Shown here one piece after another: positions 8,956 to 17,358 of a DNA stretch of 33,461 nucleotides. The translations under genes were made by a program, and so were the position numbers. The stretch comes from Azoarcus sp. (lineage in GTDB: Bacteria > Pseudomonadota > Gammaproteobacteria > Burkholderiales > Rhodocyclaceae), in assembly GCA_031258035.1 (NCBI GenBank), contig JAIRNL010000226.1, positions 1 through 33,461 on the forward strand, written 5' to 3'. A model generated the notes under the pieces. The model was given only the letters and a program-made list of their open reading frames with translations. It did not search any database and was not told the DNA's origin. Numbering within the stretch: the first letter of the stretch is position 1; every line of letters starts with the position of its first letter.

Positions 8956-8989
8956 GTTGGGACATGACGGCGCAAAAAGCAAACCTCGA

Positions 8990-9170
8990 CTCAATATCGG
9001 TAATGCGTCGCCCTGTACGGCCCTTCGAGCGGCGCGCCGATGGTGACGACCTGCTCCGGGGTGAGCGAGATCGGATGCGCGCGATTTTCAATAGTCGGCG
9101 GCGGCAACGAAGATGTGTCGGCAGAGGCAGCGGCGATCTTGCCGGCGATTGGTTTGGTTGACCTGAGTTC
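8990..9170 (-). pseudogene. ahcY: Degenerate, internally deleted duplicate of ahcY (3' region)
   Basis: 8990-9088 aligns to 13957-14056 at roughly 82% identity by hand and translates AHPISLTPEQVVTIGAPLEGPYRATHYRY* versus [29 protein letters not shown]. Further collinear pieces match 14422-14458, 14602-14620 (exact 19-mer) and 14728-14737. Confidence 0.88.
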
Positions 9171-9174
9171 TGCA

Positions 9175-11961
9175 TCAGCTTGTCAGTTCCTCAAGCGTGC
9201 TGACGACCTTGAAGCACACTTGCTCGAAATTCCTGAAATGCCGTTTGCCGCATTCGATGCGCAGGTCTTCGATCGGTCGCAACAAGTCGAGCCGCACGTG
9301 ACCGCCAGTCCCGGTCTTCTTCGTTTCCGCCACGAAATAGAGCGTCGTATCGTTACGGTAAGCCAGCGCCCAGTCGGGGTTGTACGGCCCGACGGGAGTG
9401 TCGATTCGGAACCAGCGCGGCAGCTTGATGTAGAACAGCACATCCTTGTTGCTCTCGCAGGCCTGCGCGAAGGCGCGTTCCGGTCCGGAATTGGCGTCGA
9501 TGATGATGTGTGAGAACAAGGTTTTTTCCTGTTTCTCAACGGTCCGGACATTGGCCGAAAACACCTCCATCAGATCGTCGTTCTCGAAGCGGCGCATTTC
9601 GTAGCACACATTGTCCAGCTTCGTGTACTTCACGCCGCTGCCTTCCGAGCCGTCGCCGTAGACCAGAAAATCGCGCTTGACCGCGTTGATGATCTCCGAC
9701 GCATGGTCGATGAACGCCTGCGGGTTATTTACCGCTTCACTCACGCGGCCCGATTCAATCAGGATGCACGCCACGGTGGATTTGGAAAGCCCGGTCTTGG
9801 CCTGCACCTGACCGACGAAGTCCGGCATCACGTATTTCGCTTCCACGCTCTGCGTGCGATACCCGACTTGCTTGCCAACCACCCCCTCCACGCCGATGGC
9901 AATCTCCGCGCGGGTCAGCGCTACCTTGGGCCGCTCGATGGTCGGCATCTTCGATTGGACGCGGCTGGCTGCCTTGACGATCAGTTCGCTGGTCTTGTAA
10001 TCCACGCTGTAGCGCGTGCGCGCCTGAATCCGCTTCCACAGCGCCAGGAATTGCGAATCGGTGTCGTATCCTTTCCGCAGACGCACCGTCACCTTGTCGC
10101 GCTCGTTTTTTACCATCTCGCGCTTGAACCGCACCCCCGCTTCGACCATTTCCGTCTGCAACTGGCTGGCAAAGTCTTCGTAGCTCTCGTTGGCGATCAC
10201 GGTCAGCTGGTTGATGGCCGGATCGCGCACCCGCTCGCCGTCCTGATTCACAGCCAGACGCAGACCGCGCCCGATCTCCTGACGCTTCTTGATTTCGGAA
10301 CTGGACTCGGCCAGCGTGCAAATCTGGAACACGTTCGGGTTGTCCCAGCCTTCGCGCAAGGCGGAGTGGCTGAAGATGAAGGCCAACGGCTCGTCCAGGC
10401 CCAGCAGACGCTCCTTGTCGCGCATGATCAGCTCGAAAGCCCCCGCCTCGGCATCGGCCTTGGTCTTGCCCGTCAGCGTTTCGAAAGGCGACACGGCGCG
10501 CTTGTCCTGCGAGAAGTAGCCGTTGTGCGCCGCCGCCGCATCGGCGGTCATGACGCTCTCGAACTCCGCTCTGGCTTGATACCGCGCATAGATTTCCTCG
10601 AACCACTGCGCGAACTTGCCTTTGGATGTGCTGCCGTCCTCCTCATATACGCGGTAATTCGATACCCGGTCGATGAAGAAAACCGACAGCACTTTGACGC
10701 CCATCGGGTGCAGCTTCCTCGCCTTCTCGAAATGGCGGCGTACCGCAGCCTCGATCTGCATGCGCAGGATGGCGTCGGTCAACGCGCCATGCGGATGCCC
10801 CAGCGCCACGCGCACGTCGTTGGCGAAGGTGACGAAGCCCTCGCCCGCGTCGATTTCGTTGACGATGAACCCATCACGATAGATTTCGCGCTTGTTGGAG
10901 AACTTCTCGCCATAGAGATCGTCGCCGTTCTTCACTGTCACCGACTTCTTGGCCGGCCCGCCGGCCTGGTTCCCCCAGATCGTGAGCCTGGCTGATACGC
11001 TGCGCTTGCCGGTCTTGAAGCCTTCCACTTCCACGTAAGCCTGGTTGGCATCCTTCAGTTCGACCACCGAATCCACGCCGATCTGCTTGACCAGTCCCAG
11101 TTCATACGCGCGCACCGGGTCAAGCGAATAGATCAGGTTGTAGGCGTTGCGGTGGGTGGCCGAGTAGCGCAGCGCGCACAGCGGGTTGAGCCGCGCAATG
11201 GCCTGCTTGCGAATGTCGGTTTCCAGGTTCTGCGGCTCGTCCAGGATCACAATGGGTTGCGTGGCCTGGATGAACTCGATGGGCCTCATCCCGGTCTCGC
11301 GCACCCGGTTGATGATGTTGCCCTTGCTCTTTTTCCTGGTTTTCCCGCCCCTGCCGTCATCGTCCGCCTCGCTGGAATCCTTGGCGAAGGCGTCGATGTT
11401 GATGACCAGGATCTGGATCGCGTCGGACAGGGCGAAGTTGCGAAGCTGGTTCACCCTGCCCGAGTCGTACACCATGAACTCCATCCGCTCATGATCGTAG
11501 AGCGTCTGGAAGTGTTGGCGCGTAAGCTTCAGGTTGGACAGCACGCCCTCGCGGATCGCCACTGAAGGCACCACGATCACGAACTTCTTGAAACCGTAGG
11601 TCCTGGACAGTTCGTGGATGGTGCGCAGGTAAACGTAGGTCTTGCCAGTGCCCGTCTCCATCTCCACTGTGAAATTGGGGAAGGCGCCGACAGGCGCGCC
11701 GTCATCCAGCATCATCGTTGCCAGGGCGTCCGACGGTTCGATCCCGTTTTCCGCCTGCACGGCGCGCAGGTTGGCCCGCCACTGCGCATCGTCGATCACG
11801 CGCCGGTTGGCGATGCCGGTTTCGGTCAGCACCAGGCTGGAGAGCGCATCGTCCCGCATGACTGACGTTTGTGACGCATCCGGCTGCCCGGCGAACAGCG
11901 CCGTCACGGCGCGGATCGCGTCGAGCTGGTAGTCCTGATTGGCATCGAATTGCAGCTTCAT
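9175..11961 (-). CDS. res: Type III restriction-modification system Res subunit (SF2 ATPase plus PD-(D/E)XK nuclease)
   Basis: EMETGTGKT, ILDEPQ, YSATH, ALREGWDNPNVFQICTL, QEIGRGLRL, and C-terminal YNPDW...VAETK. Start placed at MKLQF, 10 nt after the mod stop. Confidence 0.93.
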   Translation of the reverse strand: MKLQFDANQDYQLDAIRAVTALFAGQPDASQTSVMRDDALSSLVLTETGIANRRVIDDAQWRANLRAVQAENGIEPSDALATMMLDDGAPVGAFPNFTVEMETGTGKTYVYLRTIHELSRTYGFKKFVIVVPSVAIREGVLSNLKLTRQHFQTLYDHERMEFMVYDSGRVNQLRNFALSDAIQILVINIDAFAKDSSEADDDGRGGKTRKKSKGNIINRVRETGMRPIEFIQATQPIVILDEPQNLETDIRKQAIARLNPLCALRYSATHRNAYNLIYSLDPVRAYELGLVKQIGVDSVVELKDANQAYVEVEGFKTGKRSVSARLTIWGNQAGGPAKKSVTVKNGDDLYGEKFSNKREIYRDGFIVNEIDAGEGFVTFANDVRVALGHPHGALTDAILRMQIEAAVRRHFEKARKLHPMGVKVLSVFFIDRVSNYRVYEEDGSTSKGKFAQWFEEIYARYQARAEFESVMTADAAAAHNGYFSQDKRAVSPFETLTGKTKADAEAGAFELIMRDKERLLGLDEPLAFIFSHSALREGWDNPNVFQICTLAESSSEIKKRQEIGRGLRLAVNQDGERVRDPAINQLTVIANESYEDFASQLQTEMVEAGVRFKREMVKNERDKVTVRLRKGYDTDSQFLALWKRIQARTRYSVDYKTSELIVKAASRVQSKMPTIERPKVALTRAEIAIGVEGVVGKQVGYRTQSVEAKYVMPDFVGQVQAKTGLSKSTVACILIESGRVSEAVNNPQAFIDHASEIINAVKRDFLVYGDGSEGSGVKYTKLDNVCYEMRRFENDDLMEVFSANVRTVEKQEKTLFSHIIIDANSGPERAFAQACESNKDVLFYIKLPRWFRIDTPVGPYNPDWALAYRNDTTLYFVAETKKTGTGGHVRLDLLRPIEDLRIECGKRHFRNFEQVCFKVVSTLEELTS

Positions 11962-11971
11962 GGGCGCCCCC

Positions 11972-13849
11972 TCACACGCAGGTGAAGCGGATGCCCGCGT
12001 CACGGCACTGCAAATCCAGATTGGTCTTGAGCATGTCCGAGTCGTTGAACACGCCGTCGATGGCGATGATCTCGCGGGGCTTCATCTCCAACAGTGGCAC
12101 GATCATCTCCTGGGTGAAGGACTCCAGCACGAACAGCATCTGACGACCGTGGATGGCGAAGACCTTGCCGCCCGTCACCTCCAGCGTTTCGATGAGCGTG
12201 GTCAGTTCCTGGCCGAACTTCAGCAGCAGTTCGTAAAGCATGTCCTCGACGGCTGCGCCTTCCTTTTCGGACTTGGCGAACAGTTGAATCTGCTCGGCCA
12301 GTTGCTCACCCGTATCAATCTCATCGCCGCGCCATTGTTTGAAGTTGGAGGGGGCGAGAAGAAAGGATCTAAAACCAACGGCTTTCGGACACTCGCTGAC
12401 CAAATCGGCGGATTCCTGTGTGCGTGCTATGACCTTCCGAATCCGATCACGCGCGATGTCGGCAATGGTTGCATAACCCGCTTTGGCGGCTTCACTGCCT
12501 GGAGCAACCAATTCCGGGATCTGCACAAGAACCGCTTTTCGCACCACCCCATTTCGAGCATTGAGGCGCACAATTGCATCAAAACTTGACGCAGAACCCG
12601 CGAAGAAATCAACAAAGATGTCCTGATCCCCAAGAACTTGTTCTGCGATCTGAGCGATAAGCCCTGATGGCTTCGGGAATGGGAACACCTCCGAACCGAA
12701 TAGCTCCCTGACCTCCTGTGTTCCGTCCGCAGTATGGATGCCATCAATAATGGAGCGGAACGCAATGAACTCAGACTGCATCTCCTTCCGAAATTTCTTT
12801 TCACGCGGACGACCATCATCCCTTTCAGGGAAAAGGACACGCCCATCCCCGGTCATCTCTATCATTCTCTCCTCAGAATATCTCCAACCCGTCGCAGGAT
12901 TGGGTGGGAATATCCGACCCGTTTTTGGTTCGACAATTTCGTAGTGGAGGTTTGGGCGTTGGTCTTTTGTCGCCAAGCCCAATATGCTTCGACTCATCCA
13001 AGGACCACGAGGATCGTTGTCTGGATTGGAGAATTTGGATTCATCGCGCTCTATTCCGCGTAACGAAAATTCAGTGGTGCGCGAGTAGGCAATCAAATAC
13101 TCGTGATCGGTCGAGACATTTGTCACTGCACGGGTATCTGTGAACTGGCGGGCCTTCCATACGAATTGCGCTACAAAGTTCTCTTCCCCGAAAATTTCGT
13201 TCATCAGACAACGCAGGTTGTGCACCTCGTTGTCGTCGCACGACACGAAGATCACCCCATCCTCGCGCAGCAGGTTGCGCGCGATGTACAGGCGCGGCAG
13301 CATCATCGACAGCCAGTTGCTGTGGTAATGGCCGCTTTCCTTGCTGTTCTTGCGGAAGAAGCCTTCGCGCATCAGCGTGCCGTCGTCGGCCAGGTCGTTG
13401 ATACGCCGCAGGTAGTCTTCCTTGCTTTCCTGGAAGCGGTCGGGGTAGATGAAACTGTCCGAGCCGGTGTTGTAGGGCGGGTCGATGTAGATCAGCTTGA
13501 CCTTGCCGAAATAGGCTTTCTGCAAGATCTTGAGTACTTCCAGATTCTCGCCCTCGATGAAGACGTGTTGCGCCTCGTCGAAATTCACCGACTTGCCGCG
13601 CTCGGGCCGCAGCGTTGCCATGGATGGCGCTTGCAAGACCTTGTAGGCGTCGCGTTTGCCCGCCCAGTTGAGCGCGTAGCGTTCTCCGCCTTCGATGATG
13701 GCGGTTTCGCCCAGCGCCCGTTTGAGGGCGGCCAGGTCGAGCCTGCCTTCGGAGAAAGCCTCGGGAATGAGCGCAGCCAGCTGGGCCCGGCGTTCATCGG
13801 CGGGGTTGGGCAATGCGACCGGACCGGCATGGGGGGATGGATCGCTCAT
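11972..13849 (-). CDS. mod: Type III restriction-modification system Mod subunit (beta-class N6-adenine DNA methyltransferase)
   Basis: IEGENLEVLK, IYIDPPYNTG (motif IV), HSNWLSMMLPRL, FPFPKP, DFFAGS (motif I); adjacent to res. Confidence 0.93.
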   Translation of the reverse strand: MSDPSPHAGPVALPNPADERRAQLAALIPEAFSEGRLDLAALKRALGETAIIEGGERYALNWAGKRDAYKVLQAPSMATLRPERGKSVNFDEAQHVFIEGENLEVLKILQKAYFGKVKLIYIDPPYNTGSDSFIYPDRFQESKEDYLRRINDLADDGTLMREGFFRKNSKESGHYHSNWLSMMLPRLYIARNLLREDGVIFVSCDDNEVHNLRCLMNEIFGEENFVAQFVWKARQFTDTRAVTNVSTDHEYLIAYSRTTEFSLRGIERDESKFSNPDNDPRGPWMSRSILGLATKDQRPNLHYEIVEPKTGRIFPPNPATGWRYSEERMIEMTGDGRVLFPERDDGRPREKKFRKEMQSEFIAFRSIIDGIHTADGTQEVRELFGSEVFPFPKPSGLIAQIAEQVLGDQDIFVDFFAGSASSFDAIVRLNARNGVVRKAVLVQIPELVAPGSEAAKAGYATIADIARDRIRKVIARTQESADLVSECPKAVGFRSFLLAPSNFKQWRGDEIDTGEQLAEQIQLFAKSEKEGAAVEDMLYELLLKFGQELTTLIETLEVTGGKVFAIHGRQMLFVLESFTQEMIVPLLEMKPREIIAIDGVFNDSDMLKTNLDLQCRDAGIRFTCV

Positions 13850-13887
13850 ATGCTTTCCTCTATGGCTTTCTTCTGTGTTGTCGGTAA

Positions 13888-13929
13888 AACCGGCGTCAAA
13901 GGCATGTTTTTCGCCTCGGGACGCCGGTT
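13888..13929. other. Intergenic stem-loop between ahcY and mod (possible weak terminator)
   Basis: 10-bp arms AACCGGCGTC / GACGCCGGTT with an inner AGGC/GCCT stem; only a short U tract on the minus strand. Confidence 0.5.
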
Positions 13930-13957
13930 GCCTGGTTTGGCGCGGGCAGACGGTCGC

Positions 13958-15361
13958 TCAATATCGATAATGCTCCGCCTTGTACGGCCCTTCGACCGGC
14001 ACGTCGATGTAAGCGGCCTGTTCCGGGGTGAGCGAGGTCAGGTGCGCGCCGATTTTTTTCAGATGCAGGCGCGCCACCATCTCGTCCAGCTTCTTGGGCA
14101 GGGTGTAGACGCCGACCGGATAATCCGCCGTCCGGGCAAACAGCTCGATCTGCGCCAGCGTCTGGTTGGCGAAAGAGTTGCTCATCACGAAACTGGGGTG
14201 GCCGGTGGCGCAGCCGAGATTCACCAGTCGCCCTTCGGCGAGCAGGATAAGGCGCTTGCCGTCCGGGAAAATGACGTGATCGACCTGTGGCTTGATGTTT
14301 TCCCACGGGTACTGCTTGAGGCTCGCCACGTCGATCTCGGAGTCGAAGTGGCCGATATTGCAAACGATACTGTTCATCTTCATCGCCCGCATGTGCGCAT
14401 GGGTGATGACCTTGAGGTTGCCGGTGGTGGTGACGAAGATGTCGCCGAGGGCGGCGGCTTCGTCCATGTTCACGACGCGATAGCCTTCCATCGCGGCTTG
14501 CAGGGCGCAGATGGGGTCGATCTCGGTGATCCAGACCGTCGCGCCGAGGCCGCGCAGGGACTGGGCGCAACCCTTGCCGACATCGCCGTAGCCGAGGATG
14601 ACGGCGATCTTGCCGGCGATCATCACGTCGGTGGCGCGCTTGATGCCGTCGACGAGCGATTCCCGGCAGCCGTAGAGGTTGTCGAATTTGGATTTCGTGA
14701 CCGAGTCGTTTACGTTGATGGCGGGGAACCTGAGTTCGCCCCTGGCGTGCATCTGGTAGAGGCGATGCACGCCGGTGGTGGTCTCCTCGGTGACGCCCTT
14801 GATGCGGGTGGCGCGAGTCGAGTACCAGTCCGGCGCGGTTTTCAGTTTTTCGCGGATGGCGGCGAAGAGGACGGTTTCTTCCTCGCTCCCCGGATGATCG
14901 AGGACGGAAATATCCTGTTCCGCCTTTGCGCCCAGATGCAGGAGAAGGGTGGCGTCGCCGCCATCGTCCAGGATCATGTTCGAGAAATCGCCGTCCGGCC
15001 ACTCGAAAATGCGGTGGGTGTAGCGCCAGTAATCTTCCAGGCTCTCGCCCTTGACCGCGAATACGGGCACGCCCCTGGCTGCAATGGCGGCCGCGGCGTG
15101 ATCCTGGGTGGAAAAGATATTGCAGGAGGCCCAGCGCACCCGCGCGCCCAGGGCGATGAGCGTTTCGATCAACACCGCCGTCTGGATGGTCATGTGCAGC
15201 GACCCGGTGATGCGTGCCCCTTGCAGGGGCCGGCTTTTGGCGAATTCCTCGCGGATGGCCATCAGGCCCGGCATTTCGGTTTCGGCGATGGCGATTTCCT
15301 TGCGGCCCCACTCGGTAAGAGTGGGATCGGCAATGGCGTAATCATTCAGGGATGCGGACAT
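13958..15361 (-). CDS. ahcY: S-adenosyl-L-homocysteine hydrolase
   Basis: [71 protein letters not shown] end. AAGGAG RBS before MSASL; the ORF-track extension to 15526 is the riboswitch leader. Confidence 0.97.
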   Translation of the reverse strand: MSASLNDYAIADPTLTEWGRKEIAIAETEMPGLMAIREEFAKSRPLQGARITGSLHMTIQTAVLIETLIALGARVRWASCNIFSTQDHAAAAIAARGVPVFAVKGESLEDYWRYTHRIFEWPDGDFSNMILDDGGDATLLLHLGAKAEQDISVLDHPGSEEETVLFAAIREKLKTAPDWYSTRATRIKGVTEETTTGVHRLYQMHARGELRFPAINVNDSVTKSKFDNLYGCRESLVDGIKRATDVMIAGKIAVILGYGDVGKGCAQSLRGLGATVWITEIDPICALQAAMEGYRVVNMDEAAALGDIFVTTTGNLKVITHAHMRAMKMNSIVCNIGHFDSEIDVASLKQYPWENIKPQVDHVIFPDGKRLILLAEGRLVNLGCATGHPSFVMSNSFANQTLAQIELFARTADYPVGVYTLPKKLDEMVARLHLKKIGAHLTSLTPEQAAYIDVPVEGPYKAEHYRY

Positions 15362-15450
15362 GGCGGAACTCCTTCGGATCCATGGCCGGAAACGGTGATG
15401 GGGAAAGCGCGCGACGCGCCCGTCGTTCCGCCTCCGGCAGGGTTGTCGGG

Positions 15451-15540
15451 GCGAGCGCCGTTGAAACCGGGATGCCGCCGGCTGCCGGCAGCGGCTTCCG
15501 AGCCTGGGATCGGGGAAATCTCGCAACGCTCCTCGGAAGG
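15451..15540 (-). ncRNA. SAH riboswitch
   Basis: Minus strand CTTCCGAGGAGCGTTGCGA...CCAGGCTCGGAAG...TTCAACGGCGCTCGC carries the conserved GAGGAGCGUUGC, CCAGGCUC and pseudoknot AACGGCGCUC elements, in the ahcY 5' UTR. Confidence 0.93.
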
Positions 15541-15546
15541 CGGTTG

Positions 15547-15575
15547 ATTATAAAGGGGGGCGATATCCGGCTCAA
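15547..15575 (-). promoter_or_regulatory. Sigma70 promoter for the riboswitch-ahcY transcript
   Basis: TTGAGC-17nt-TATAAT ending 6 nt upstream of the aptamer. Confidence 0.75.
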
Positions 15576-15612
15576 CGGTGGATTCACGGAATCGGGGGGC
15601 CTTTTTCTCGTA

Positions 15613-17115
15613 TCAGCGCCGGGACTTGCGCCGCGCAACAGGTTTCTTCGCGGCCCGTGGCGTGGCTTTCGCTTTACCGACGGCGTGTGGGCGGGACTTG
15701 GCCCTGGTTTTGCCGGATACGGATGTCTTCGCCTTGACCGTGCCTCGTCCGCCCGCCTTGACCGTGCCCCGTCCGCCTGCCCTGGTCTTGGCGAAGCCGC
15801 GTCGTGGCGTTTTGGCTTTCCCCTTGCGCGCCTTGGGAAGTGGTTCGATGCGCACGCCGGAGCGCGTGGCGGCGCGGGCGCTGGCGGGCAGCAATGCGCT
15901 GACAGCCAGCGCGTCGTCGGGATCGACGTCCTTGCCGGGCACGAGCAGGCTGTAACCGGGGGGCGGCAGGCTGCGCTCGAGCAGGCCGTTGATCTGGAGC
16001 AATTGAGCCAGGGGGAGACCGTAGCGGCTGGCTATGCCGCCCAGCGTTTCGCCGCGGGCGAGCGTGTAGCTTCGCCAACCCTTGCCGGATTGCCGGAAGT
16101 CGTCCAGTTGGGCGCTGAAGCCAGGTTCCCGGTCGGACGGGACGACCAGGGTCTGGCCCGGCTCCGTGATGGCCGGGCGGTTGTAGCCGGGGTTGTAGGC
16201 GAGGAATTCTTCGAGCGGCACGCCGGCATAGCGGGCTGCCGTGGCGAGGTCGATGCCGACCGGCGCCTCGACGGTGGCGAGGAGCTGTTCGTTGGCGACG
16301 TAGGGCAGTTCGATGTCGAAAAGCTCGGGTTGGGCGACGATGTTCTTGAGCGCCTGGAGTTTGGGCAGGTAATCGCGCGTTTCAGCGGGCAGGCGGAGGG
16401 CGCTGAACTCGGTGGAACGCCCGATGGCGCGGTTGCGCTCCACTTCCCGGCCGATGGCGTTTTCGCCCCGGTTGTAGGAGGCGAGAGCCAGGTGCCAGTC
16501 GCCGTGCCGCTCGTAGATGTCTTCGAGGTAATCGAGCGCGGCGTTGGTGGAGGCGATCACGTCGCGGCGCTCGTCGACCCAGCGGTTCTGGGTGAGGTTG
16601 TAATTCTGTCCGGTCGAAGGGATGAACTGCCACAGGCCCGAGGCGCGCGCGCGCGAGTAGGCGTGCGGATTGAAGCTGCTTTCCACCATCGGCAGAAGGG
16701 CGAGTTCGGCCGGCATGCCGCGCCGCTCGATTTCACCGACGATGTAATAAAGATAGCGCGCGCCGCGGCTGAACATGCGATTCAGGTATTCTGGGCGGTT
16801 GAGATACGAAAATTGCAGATCGAGCACCCGATCGCCGGTAATGTCGGGAATACGGAAACCGCGACGGATGCGATCCCATATGTCATTTGGCGGGCGGATG
16901 AGATCGACAGTGAGAACCCGCTTCGGGGCGCGGTCGATATCGACGACGGCGCGCGCGCCGGGAAATGTGGCGCGGGGGCCCGCGGGGGCGCTGGCTACGG
17001 CGGTGGGGCCGTCCGTTTCCCCATGTGCGCGTGCCGGATGCGCGAATAGAGCCAGAGCCAGCGCCGAAAGGAAAAGCGATGAAGGGGGGATGAAATCAGG
17101 ATAAACTTTTGTCAT
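15613..17115 (-). CDS. mltD: Lytic murein transglycosylase with LysM domain (MltD-like) and K/R-rich tail
   Basis: Signal peptide, LPMVESSFNP, ASGLWQFIPSTG, ALASYN.GE, ETRDYLPK, LysM YTLARGETLGGIASRY; near gloB as in the conserved cluster. Confidence 0.88.
   Translation of the reverse strand: MTKVYPDFIPPSSLFLSALALALFAHPARAHGETDGPTAVASAPAGPRATFPGARAVVDIDRAPKRVLTVDLIRPPNDIWDRIRRGFRIPDITGDRVLDLQFSYLNRPEYLNRMFSRGARYLYYIVGEIERRGMPAELALLPMVESSFNPHAYSRARASGLWQFIPSTGQNYNLTQNRWVDERRDVIASTNAALDYLEDIYERHGDWHLALASYNRGENAIGREVERNRAIGRSTEFSALRLPAETRDYLPKLQALKNIVAQPELFDIELPYVANEQLLATVEAPVGIDLATAARYAGVPLEEFLAYNPGYNRPAITEPGQTLVVPSDREPGFSAQLDDFRQSGKGWRSYTLARGETLGGIASRYGLPLAQLLQINGLLERSLPPPGYSLLVPGKDVDPDDALAVSALLPASARAATRSGVRIEPLPKARKGKAKTPRRGFAKTRAGGRGTVKAGGRGTVKAKTSVSGKTRAKSRPHAVGKAKATPRAAKKPVARRKSRR
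15730..15777. repeat. 24-bp tandem duplication in the mltD tail (AGGRGTVK x2)
   Basis: CGCCTTGACCGTGCC(T/C)CGTCCGCC twice, one mismatch. Confidence 0.9.
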
Positions 17116-17139
17116 CTTGGCCGCCGGGAAAATAGCGCG

Positions 17140-17169
17140 AGTCTAATCGTCATCACAGCGAAGCGTCAA
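17140..17169 (-). promoter_or_regulatory. Putative sigma70 promoter of mltD
   Basis: TTGACG-18nt-TAGACT with an AT-rich upstream segment. Confidence 0.5.
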
Positions 17170-17358
17170 ACGGTATCGTTAAATACAAAACAACATTTGC
17201 TCCAGGTTCTTGGTAGCATTGCCAAAGTGTCTGCGGCTTTTGCCCTTTTCTTTGGCGCCGGCAGGAAATCAGCGGCGGTACCCGGGCGAGTCGGGACAGC
17301 GTTGCATTCTGTTCGGTCATGGGTTGCCAGGAAAGGATGATGTCATGCGAGGGCCATT

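Noticed and set aside
8906-9175. 89-aa ORF coupled to the res stop (TGATG), a possible third R-M gene
   Set aside because: It runs across the ahcY remnant in a different frame and over the TA promoter. Its R/S/P-rich sequence looks non-coding.
13831-13836. C6 tract at the start of mod as a phasevarion switch
   Set aside because: Too short to be notable in a GC-rich genome; I saw no longer simple repeats in mod.
13103-15547. 814-aa plus-strand ORF, and similar long ORFs at 3600-4997, 15352-17049, 22460-24301 and 28760-30760
   Set aside because: Antisense shadows of well-supported genes with no recognisable motifs.
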